A stretch of 13,918 bases of DNA, from NCBI GenBank assembly GCA_031425655.1, contig JANPJS010000248.1:1-13918 (forward strand). Direction: 5' to 3'. The notes under the pieces were generated by a model, which had not been told where the DNA came from, did no database searches, and worked only from the letters and a program-made list of their open reading frames with translations. Position 1 is the first letter of the stretch. Each line of letters opens with the position of its first letter. A program made the position numbers and the translations under genes. Origin of the DNA: Abditibacteriaceae bacterium. Its GTDB lineage: Bacteria; Armatimonadota; Abditibacteriia; Abditibacteriales; Abditibacteriaceae. This document shows, piece by piece, positions 7,075 to 13,918 of this stretch.

Positions 7075-8979
7075 ATGAAATGCTTCGCTCTCGCCGCTTT
7101 GACGCTGACCGCTGTTTTTCCTCTGATGCCGCTTCACGCCGCCGATAAAGTTGAAATCGTCGTGCCCGCGCCGGATGCCATACTGGCGCGCTTGAAAAAA
7201 GAGCATCCGCGTCTTCTTGCGACAAGCGCCGAATTCGCAACGCTGCGCACGCAAGTCGAAAAGAACCCGCGCTTGAAACAATGGCACGAAAAGCTGCGCG
7301 CGTCCGGCGAAAAAATCCTCACGCAAGAGCCGAGCAAATACGAAATTCCCGACGGCAAGCGTTTGCTGGCAACCAGCCGCCGCGTCTTGGATCGTGTCAG
7401 CCGTTTGGCGCTGCTTTATCGCTTGGACGGCGACAAAAAGTGGCAAAATCGCGCGTGGAACGAACTCAACGACGCCGCCAAGTTCAAAGATTGGAATCCG
7501 TCGCACTTTCTCGACACCGCCGAAATGACGATGGCCTTTGCCATCGGCTACGATTGGCTTTACGATGCCTGGACGCCCGAACAGCGCGCTGCATTGAAAA
7601 CCGCCATTGTCGAAAAAGGCCTCAACCCGGCGTTGGATGTTTATCGCAAAGTCGGCTGGTGGGCTAAGTCCGAGCACAACTGGAATCAGGTATGCAACGG
7701 CGGCATCGGAGCCGGCGCCTTAGCCATCGGCGACGAAGAACCGGCCTTGTGCGGCGAGATTTTGCAAGCCGCCATCAAGAGTTTGCCGCTCGCCATGAAA
7801 CACTTCGCTCCCGACGGTGCCTGGAACGAAGGCCCCGGCTATTGGGATTACGCCACCAAATATAACGTGCTGATTTTAGCTGCGTTGGACAGCGCATTAG
7901 GCACCGATTACGGCCTGTCGCAGATTCCCGGCTTCGCGCAAACCGGCGATTTTCCGCCGTATTTTGCGGGGCCTTCGGGCAAAACTTTCAATTATGCCGA
8001 TGCCGGCGACAAAGCCGGCGGCGCGGCGCAGATTTTCTGGCTGGCCTCGAAATTCAACAATCCCGGATGGGCCGCGTGGCAGCTTGTCTGGCTGGATAAA
8101 GGCGAGCCGAACGCCTTCGATTTATTGTGGGGCGCGCGCTGGCTTGCCAACGCCGACGGCTCGCTTAAAGCCGCGCCAAAGCTGGCTGCTCTGCCGCCAA
8201 GCCGCTATTTCCGCGAAGCCGAAGTCGTGGCCATGCGCAGCGATTGGAATGACCCGAACGCGATTTTCATCGGCTTCAAAGCCGGCGACAACAAAGCGAA
8301 TCACAGCCATCTCGATGTCGGCTCGTTCGTGATGGACGCGCTCGGCACGCGTTGGGCAACTGATTTGGGCGCGGACAATTACCATCTGCCCGGCTACTTC
8401 GGCGGCAATCGCTGGACGTATTATCGTTTGCGCGCCGAAGGGCAAAACACGCTCGTGATTAACCCCGATCAAGGCCCGGATCAAGACCCCAAAGCCGCAA
8501 CGCGCGTCACGAAATTTGAGATCAAGGATTGCTGCACAACCGCCATCGCCGACCTTACGACGGCTTACGCAAAGCACGCGAAAAGCGTCCAACGCGGCAT
8601 CACTTTGCTCGACGGCGCGCAAGTGCTGGTTCAAGACGAGATTTCTGCTAAAACGCCGTCGCATATTTACTGGTTTCTGCATACACCGGCGCAAATTGCC
8701 TTAAGCGAAAACGCCCAAACCGCAACGCTTTCCATCGGCGATAAAAAGATGCTGGCGCGTCTGCTTGGCCCAACCGACGCCAAGTTTTCGATTCTCGATG
8801 CCGTGCCTTTGCCGACTTCGCCCAATCCGCCCAATCAAAAGGAAAATAAGGGCATTAAAACCCTGACGGTAGAACTGCAAAACGCCACGGATGTGCGCCT
8901 GCGCGTGCTTCTAACTCCGCTGCGCGCCGGTGAAACCCTGCCCGCCGTGCCGGACGAAAAAGCTCTGGCGCAATGGTGA
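7075..8979 (+). CDS. Heparinase II/III-family polysaccharide lyase, exported
   Basis: A signal peptide is followed by HPRL, WNPSHFLDTAEM, AIGYDWLY, HNWNQVCNGG, PDGAWNEGPGYWDY, FNYAD and NHSHLDVGSFV. This fits the alpha/alpha toroid plus beta-sandwich layout of Hepar_II_III proteins. Confidence 0.9.
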   Translation: MKCFALAALTLTAVFPLMPLHAADKVEIVVPAPDAILARLKKEHPRLLATSAEFATLRTQVEKNPRLKQWHEKLRASGEKILTQEPSKYEIPDGKRLLATSRRVLDRVSRLALLYRLDGDKKWQNRAWNELNDAAKFKDWNPSHFLDTAEMTMAFAIGYDWLYDAWTPEQRAALKTAIVEKGLNPALDVYRKVGWWAKSEHNWNQVCNGGIGAGALAIGDEEPALCGEILQAAIKSLPLAMKHFAPDGAWNEGPGYWDYATKYNVLILAALDSALGTDYGLSQIPGFAQTGDFPPYFAGPSGKTFNYADAGDKAGGAAQIFWLASKFNNPGWAAWQLVWLDKGEPNAFDLLWGARWLANADGSLKAAPKLAALPPSRYFREAEVVAMRSDWNDPNAIFIGFKAGDNKANHSHLDVGSFVMDALGTRWATDLGADNYHLPGYFGGNRWTYYRLRAEGQNTLVINPDQGPDQDPKAATRVTKFEIKDCCTTAIADLTTAYAKHAKSVQRGITLLDGAQVLVQDEISAKTPSHIYWFLHTPAQIALSENAQTATLSIGDKKMLARLLGPTDAKFSILDAVPLPTSPNPPNQKENKGIKTLTVELQNATDVRLRVLLTPLRAGETLPAVPDEKALAQW

Positions 8980-9020
8980 GAGGGTTAGTAACTCACTCAC
9001 CGTGCTGTGCGTCCGTGGTT

Positions 9021-9207
9021 TTTCAACGGTAAGGCGGTAAGAACGGGAAGGCGGGAAGAGATTGGAGTGCTTTGGACGGGCGGACATCCACATTATCGGT
9101 TGGGTTTGCGCTTGGATATTGTATTGGCTGTGTTCAAGCCGCTTTTTCGCCTCGGCAACTCTCTCAAGACTTCCCGTCTTCCCGTTCTTACCGCCTTACC
9201 GTTGAAA
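9021..9207. repeat. 38-bp inverted repeat pair with a 111-bp spacer (REP/MITE-like) between convergent genes
   Basis: tttcaacggtaaggcggtaagaacgggaaggcgggaag (9021-9058) is the reverse complement of 9170-9207 with one mismatch that is G-U compatible. Confidence 0.9.
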
Positions 9208-9274
9208 GCGGCGAGACCGCGTAAGGTGAGTTTGTAAGAATGGAGAATTCAGAATAGAGACGTCAGGAGCGGAT

Positions 9275-10168
9275 TTACTTCTCGGCGTTGCCACCGCGCA
9301 AATCGCTTTTCAGAGCTTGAAGGTTTCGTTTAACCTCAGCGATTTTCTCCGCATCGCTGGATTCGAGAGCCTCAATTGCAGTTTCCATTTGTGTGATGAG
9401 ATTTTCGATCATGGCCGGCGTGAAATCGAAGTTAGCAGAAGGCGTAGGCTCTTCCATCGCCAATTCCCACTGATCGGCAAACTCTTCCATCCGCTTTTCA
9501 AGTTCGCGCACTTCATCGTGCAGCTTGGCGGCGGTTTCATAATCGTCCACCAAAATCGCCGCGTCTTTTGCTCGGTTCAGTTGCCGTAACTGCTGCCCCA
9601 TCGCGCGCAATTCGGGCGGCAGCAAACGCACCAACAGCGGCAAAATCCAGTCGGTTTTTTCGGAAGTTGTGCCTATTTTGCCGATAATGTGCGAAGTCAT
9701 GGCATGAGGGTTACTTGGCCCGGATGGCGGCGCTTCCGGGCCAAGATATTCCAGCACCTGACGGCGCGTTTCTTCCAGATTCAGGCCCAGTTTGCGTAAA
9801 ACATTGGCGGCGACACCGTCTTTTTCGCGCAATAATGCCAGCAGCAAATGTTCGGTGCCGATGGAATTGTGGTGCATCCGGCGCGCTTCGTCGGCGGCCA
9901 ACTCCAGAGCGCGTTTGGCGCGCGGAGTCAGCTTTGGTTCGCTGCTCACGCCCTCTTCGGACGGCTCGACTTCGTCTTCGATTTCCAAGCGAACGCGTTC
10001 TAAGGACACGCCCATTTTGTGCAGCACTTGCGCGGCGACTCCTTCGTTTTCACGAATCAGACCCAGAAGTAAATGTTCCGTCCCGACGTGGCTGCTGTTC
10101 ATCTTGCCGGCTTCTTCCTGACCCAGCAAAACCACGCGCCGCGCCCGTTCAGTGAATCGTTGCCACAT
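9275..10168 (-). CDS. ClpC-like N-terminal (double Clp-N repeat) + UVR coiled-coil protein with no AAA+ domain
   Basis: The two Clp-N repeats are FTERARRV...HVGTEHLLLGL and LTPRAKRALELA...IGTEHLLLAL. The UVR motif is KDAAILVDDYETAAKLHDE. No Walker A/B motif is present. ATG 10168 has an SD-like GGTGA upstream; GTG 10177 is an alternative start. Confidence 0.9.
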   Translation of the reverse strand: MWQRFTERARRVVLLGQEEAGKMNSSHVGTEHLLLGLIRENEGVAAQVLHKMGVSLERVRLEIEDEVEPSEEGVSSEPKLTPRAKRALELAADEARRMHHNSIGTEHLLLALLREKDGVAANVLRKLGLNLEETRRQVLEYLGPEAPPSGPSNPHAMTSHIIGKIGTTSEKTDWILPLLVRLLPPELRAMGQQLRQLNRAKDAAILVDDYETAAKLHDEVRELEKRMEEFADQWELAMEEPTPSANFDFTPAMIENLITQMETAIEALESSDAEKIAEVKRNLQALKSDLRGGNAEK

Positions 10169-10173
10169 AAAAA

Positions 10174-11034
10174 TCACCGGTTGCGTAAAGGATCGTTTTG
10201 AAAGGCCGTGAAAAGCGGTTCGGCGGCTTGGCGGATGTGTTGAAAATGTAAATCTTCGTTATCGAGCAGCAAACGATAAATGCGGTCGCGCCAGCGCCAC
10301 GCGCCGGTTTCGGTTTTGGCCGTCCACGTTTCGGAAAACGAATTTTGTTGGATTTCCTGCCATAAATCCGGCGACTGCTGCGCGACTGCGGCAATCGCGG
10401 CTTGTTGCCATGATGCGCTTTCGCCGGGTTGGAAATCGGTGACATCGCCCGCGAAAGCGAATTCGGTAAAGCCCAATTTTATGTATTTTTCTTCGGCTCC
10501 GATGCCGTCCAAATCGAAGGCGCGCATCGCCCACGGCTGGCGATAATTTTCTTGAAAAGCCGCGAAAGTCGCCGCGTCTAACGCTTCGTCCATCGTGCGC
10601 GCGAGGCTCGCCAACTCGTCGGGCGCGGCTTCAAAAGCCAAAGCGAAATCCCACTCGCGCGCGGCGTGCGCCTGCAAAATCGCGGGCGCTGCCAATCCAA
10701 TTAAGTCGCGCACCGCCAAAGTTGGTTTTGTGCCCAAAGTTTGCGGCGCTGCCCACGGAAAAAGAGCGCGCAGTTTATTCGCGTTCGCGTGGCTCGGCAA
10801 ACACCACTTTACCGCTAAAGTCGTGGTAAGGTCTTGCGTTTCGCCGCTGAAATTGTCGCGCAAAAAAGAAGGCAGTTGCGGGTTGAAAATCGCCGGCAAA
10901 TAATGCTGGTGCGCGTCTTTGGCGAAGCACAAAACCTCGCCTCCTGCGTGTTGAATCGAGCGCGGATAAACTTTCGCGCCGCCTAAAAGTGCTTCGATTT
11001 CGGCGGCGGTGCGTGGTAAATCGGAGATTTGCAT
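10174..11034 (-). CDS. Shortened, degenerate UxaE (tagaturonate/fructuronate epimerase)-like protein
   Basis: ANANKLRALFPWAAPQTLG, D-x-x-GLA-x-P, EL..LART..EALDAATFAAFQE, GFT.F and the C-terminal RDRIYRLLLDNE recall UxaE. ATG 11034 has SD AGAGG. The product is 286 aa. Confidence 0.7.
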   Translation of the reverse strand: MQISDLPRTAAEIEALLGGAKVYPRSIQHAGGEVLCFAKDAHQHYLPAIFNPQLPSFLRDNFSGETQDLTTTLAVKWCLPSHANANKLRALFPWAAPQTLGTKPTLAVRDLIGLAAPAILQAHAAREWDFALAFEAAPDELASLARTMDEALDAATFAAFQENYRQPWAMRAFDLDGIGAEEKYIKLGFTEFAFAGDVTDFQPGESASWQQAAIAAVAQQSPDLWQEIQQNSFSETWTAKTETGAWRWRDRIYRLLLDNEDLHFQHIRQAAEPLFTAFQNDPLRNR

Positions 11035-11045
11035 GAAATAGCCTC

Positions 11046-11825
11046 TTAACTCTTGGTTTCTTGTGCGCGGCGCACAAGTTTCAGGGTGATTGCCGTGGGC
11101 AGCAGTTTCACGGCCAGCGTCCATAATTTGTTGCTGCGTCCCGTGACAATGCGGCGTTTGCCTTTGGTGAACGCCTTATAGCCTTGCGCGGCGACGGTTG
11201 CGGAATCCATGACGAGGTTCTGCATCAACTTCGAGTCTTGCATTGCAGCGCGCTCTTGAAAGCCGCTGGTTGTCGGGCCGGGGCACAGCGCAGTGACGGT
11301 TACACCGCTGTTTTCGCATTCGTTGAATAACGCTTCGGAAAACGACAGCACGAAGGCTTTGCTGGCGTAATAAACCGCCATAAATGGGCCGGGTTGAAAG
11401 GCCGCCGTGGAAGCGACGTTGAGAATTTTGCCGCTTTTGCGCGCCAGCATCGGCGCCAGAAAGAGCTTGGTGAGATGTGTCAGCGCGACGATATTGACCT
11501 GCAATAAATCGAGTTCTTGTTGAAGATCGGTGTCGGAAAACAAGCCGTAAGTGCCGAATCCGGCGTTGTTGACCAAAACGTCAATCGGCTGGTTTTGCAG
11601 CGCTGCGAAAATCTCGTCCGGGGCTGCGCGCTGTGCTAAATCTTTGACTAAAACCGTGACGGCGATGCCGTGCGCGCCGTGTAATTCGCGCGCAAGTTCT
11701 TGTAATTTACTTTCACTGCGCGCCACTAAAACGAGGTCGTAGCCATCACGCGCAAAAAGGCGTGCCAGTTCGAGTCCGATGCCGCCCGACGCGCCGGTAA
11801 TCAGCGCAGTTTTGCCGTTTGCCAT
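11046..11825 (-). CDS. Short-chain dehydrogenase/reductase (DltE/YqjQ-like classical SDR)
   Basis: Motifs TGASGGIG, LVARS, NNAGFG, NVAST, YYASK and LCPG are present. The start is taken as ATG 11825 (MANGKTALITG). Confidence 0.95.
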   Translation of the reverse strand: MANGKTALITGASGGIGLELARLFARDGYDLVLVARSESKLQELARELHGAHGIAVTVLVKDLAQRAAPDEIFAALQNQPIDVLVNNAGFGTYGLFSDTDLQQELDLLQVNIVALTHLTKLFLAPMLARKSGKILNVASTAAFQPGPFMAVYYASKAFVLSFSEALFNECENSGVTVTALCPGPTTSGFQERAAMQDSKLMQNLVMDSATVAAQGYKAFTKGKRRIVTGRSNKLWTLAVKLLPTAITLKLVRRAQETKS

Positions 11826-11831
11826 GCGGTG

Positions 11832-11837
11832 AGTATG
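11832..11837 (-). promoter_or_regulatory. Putative -10 element of a leaderless promoter for the SDR
   Basis: CATACT lies 6 nt before ATG 11825 and there is no SD sequence. Confidence 0.4.
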
Positions 11838-11859
11838 GCGCAAAGCCTGAATAATCGGA

Positions 11860-11943
11860 TTGATTCACCATCCTGCCCAGAGGGCACCCGACACGAAGGC
11901 ACAAAGAATCCACTTTGTGACTTCGTGTCTTTGTGGTGAATTA
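11860..11943. repeat. REP-like palindrome with a nested small hairpin insert
   Basis: The arms are attcacca[insert]gacacgaaggcacaaag and ctttgtgacttcgtgtctttgtggtgaat around an aatcca loop. The insert tcctgcccagagggcaccc contains tgccc/gggca. Confidence 0.8.
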
Positions 11944-12807
11944 AACGGCGCGCAGCGTGAAAAGCGATATTTCCGGGCGGCAATTAAAGCGCACGGGAAT
12001 GCCGCTGCTGCCCACGCCGCGATTGGTGTAGAGAATCATGTCGTTGACTTGATACTGCCCGCGCGGGTATTTTCTGCCATTGCCCGGCAGCAGAATCGGG
12101 CCGAAAAACGGCAGGCAAACTTGTCCGGCGTGCGAGTGACCGGACAATTGCAAATCGAAGCGGCCCAGAAGGGAAAACTCGTCGGCGAAATCGGGTTCGT
12201 GCGCAAGCAAAATCGCCGCGCCGCGCGCTGGAAGACTGGCGACGGGGCGCGCGATGTCGGCTTTGCCCAAGCCGGGATCATCGGCGCCGACGATATAAGT
12301 GTGCGCTGTGCCGCGTCGCAAAACGTGAACGTCGTTGCGAAGCTCGCGCACGCCGGCATCGCGCAGAGCGCGGCGCACGATGCCCGCGTTCGCCCAGTGA
12401 TCGTGGTTGCCCAAAACCGCTAAGACGCCGTCCGGCGCGTGCAATTTGGCCAGCGATTGCGCCAGCTTCTTTTCCTGAAATTGCGCGTGGCTGGAAACGA
12501 AATCGCCGGTCATCACGATTAAATCGGCGCCTAAAGCGTTGGTTTTTTGAACGATGTGATCGAGACGCGCTTGGCTCAGCCCGTCGCCGAGGTGAATGTC
12601 GGATAGCTGCGCGATACGATAGCCGTCGAACAATGTTTCGAGGCGCGGAAGGGGCATTTCGACGCGTTCGATTTCAAACCAGCGCGGCTCAACAGCGGTC
12701 GCCCACTTTTCGCCGACGAATAGTGACGCCAAAGTGCAAATGCCGCCGCGCAAGAGCTTGCGGCGCGTGATTTTTCGCTTGGATAATTCGCTTTTCACGC
12801 GTTTCAT
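11941..12807 (-). CDS. Calcineurin-like metallophosphoesterase (YkuE-like) with a twin-arginine-like N-terminus
   Basis: Motifs SDIH, TGDFV, LGNHD, LAHEPD, SGHSHAGQ and NRGVG are present. The N-terminus contains ITRRKLL. Confidence 0.95.
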   Translation of the reverse strand: MKRVKSELSKRKITRRKLLRGGICTLASLFVGEKWATAVEPRWFEIERVEMPLPRLETLFDGYRIAQLSDIHLGDGLSQARLDHIVQKTNALGADLIVMTGDFVSSHAQFQEKKLAQSLAKLHAPDGVLAVLGNHDHWANAGIVRRALRDAGVRELRNDVHVLRRGTAHTYIVGADDPGLGKADIARPVASLPARGAAILLAHEPDFADEFSLLGRFDLQLSGHSHAGQVCLPFFGPILLPGNGRKYPRGQYQVNDMILYTNRGVGSSGIPVRFNCRPEISLFTLRAV

Positions 12808-12881
12808 TTTAAAAGGCGCGAGATGCTAAGTCGCGCACTCAGGTGCCGCAAACGCGCGTTTTGAGACGAAAACGAATACGT

Positions 12882-13736
12882 TTATCGCCCGGCTTGCAGC
12901 ACGAGCGCGATGCCCTGAAAATCGAAAAGCGGCGCCTCAACATTCCAATCGCTTTTCTCGAAAATTGTCCGCACATCGTCGAATTGTCCGGCGCCAAGTT
13001 CGGCTAAGAAAACGCCGCCGGGCGCTAAAATTTCACCGCATTGCGCCGCGAGTTGGCGATAGCAGTCGAGGCCGTCGTCGCCGCCATCTAAGGCGCCGCG
13101 CGGCTCGAAATCGCGCACCTGTGTTTGCAAATTTTCGATGTCCGCGCGTGAGATATAAGGCGGATTCGTCAAAATCGCGTCGAATAATTGACCGCGCAGC
13201 GGCGCGGCCCAATCTCCCGTGATTCCCGGCACGAATGTGATCCAGTCGGTGACATTGTGCTTTCGGGCGTTGGCGCGTGCTAAATCCAATGCAGCGGGGC
13301 TTAAATCCGTCGCGTAGATTCTCGCGTGGGGCAAGGCGTGCGTGATGGAAACCGCGATGCAGCCGCTGCCGGTGCCTAAATCGGCGATACGCGGCGCGGC
13401 GTGATCTGTTAAGAGTTCAGTCGCGGCTTCGACAAGCATTTCGGTTTCGGGGCGCGGAATCAGAGCGCGTTCGTCGCAAATAAACTCCAATCCGAAAAAC
13501 TCGCGGCGTCCCAAAACGTAAGGCAAAGGCACGCCGTGCGCGACTTTTTCGATGTTTTTGCGCCAGAGCGCCAAAGTTTCGCCGTCAATCATCTTTTCGG
13601 GCTGCGACAAGTGTGCGAAACGCGTTTGAGCGGCTTCATCGGTCAGGATGCGCGCCGTGCCGCGCGCTTCGTCGGTGTGCCAGCCCAACTCGCGCAAACG
13701 CGCCAGCGCTTCGGCATGGATTTCAGAAACGGTCAT
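12882..13736 (-). CDS. prmC: Peptide chain release factor N5-glutamine methyltransferase
   Basis: Motifs PLPYVLGRREFFG, ALIPRPETE, DLGTGSGCIA, NPPY and EPRGALDGGDDGLD are present. Confidence 0.96.
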   Translation of the reverse strand: MTVSEIHAEALARLRELGWHTDEARGTARILTDEAAQTRFAHLSQPEKMIDGETLALWRKNIEKVAHGVPLPYVLGRREFFGLEFICDERALIPRPETEMLVEAATELLTDHAAPRIADLGTGSGCIAVSITHALPHARIYATDLSPAALDLARANARKHNVTDWITFVPGITGDWAAPLRGQLFDAILTNPPYISRADIENLQTQVRDFEPRGALDGGDDGLDCYRQLAAQCGEILAPGGVFLAELGAGQFDDVRTIFEKSDWNVEAPLFDFQGIALVLQAGR

Positions 13737-13743
13737 TGCTTAG

Positions 13744-13749
13744 AGTGTA
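13744..13749 (-). promoter_or_regulatory. Putative -10 element (TACACT) of a leaderless prmC promoter
   Basis: The minus strand reads cTACACTctaagcaATG, with 7 nt to the start codon, no SD and no clear -35. Confidence 0.5.
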
Positions 13750-13918
13750 GGAACTTGGCGGTAAGAACCCCATCCCACCTGCCCAGAGATTCTATGGTTG
13801 AAGTCAAGGGGTCGGCGACTCCTTTTGGGAGTTTTGTTGGTAAACGCGGTCGGGGTCGTAAGTTGTGCCGTGGGTGACCAGCGACCAACACAAGCGGGCC
13901 AGTTTACGCGCGACGGCA

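Noticed and set aside
7039..7107. 16-bp direct repeat cgccgctttgacgctg and a small hairpin gctttgac/gtcaaagc around the lyase start
   Set aside because: There are only two copies, one inside a signal-peptide coding region. It is not an array, and no function can be supported.
9007..9237. 76-aa ORF across the inverted repeat
   Set aside because: It has a GTG start with no clear SD, and the sequence is explained by the repeat arms.
7063..13222. Long antisense or alternate-frame ORFs (e.g. 7063-7677, 8122-8694, 9715-10155, 11860-12423)
   Set aside because: They are shadows of well-supported genes in GC-rich DNA and carry no motifs.
13757..13788. 11-12-bp matches (ggcggtaagaac, cctgcccagag) to the two palindromic repeat elements
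   Set aside because: Matches this short are expected by chance in 14 kb, and there is no palindrome here.
13536..13877. 113-aa + strand ORF at the window end
   Set aside because: It overlaps prmC antisense and its promoter region, and it has no recognisable motif.
1..13918. CRISPR array, tRNA/rRNA, prophage
   Set aside because: I saw no regularly spaced repeats, cloverleaf or rRNA-like tracts. GH19 alone does not indicate a prophage.

Overview
Bacterial genomic window with two parts. The left part (~1-4920) looks lower in GC by eye and behaves like an accessory island. It holds the 3' end and right inverted repeat of an IS3-family element, a probable gene remnant, and four co-oriented genes: a small beta-rich hypothetical protein, a signal-peptide protein with a beta-barrel-like C-terminus, a signal-less SNase/thermonuclease-like nuclease, and a ~5-TM membrane protein with two Ig-like domains. 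A truncated alpha/beta-hydrolase remnant follows, then a GH19 lysozyme/chitinase with a C-terminal stalk-like domain. The right part is GC-richer. On the + strand are an exported SAM methyltransferase and a heparinase II/III-family lyase, followed by a long intergenic inverted repeat. On the - strand are prmC, a metallophosphoesterase, an SDR, a shortened and degenerate UxaE-like protein, and an ATPase-less ClpC-like protein (double Clp-N + UVR). The best candidates for novelty are the envelope/nuclease/GH19 cluster, the ATPase-less ClpC coupled to a UxaE-like pseudoenzyme, and two periodic palindromic repeat elements. All calls come from reading motifs by eye; no searches were run.
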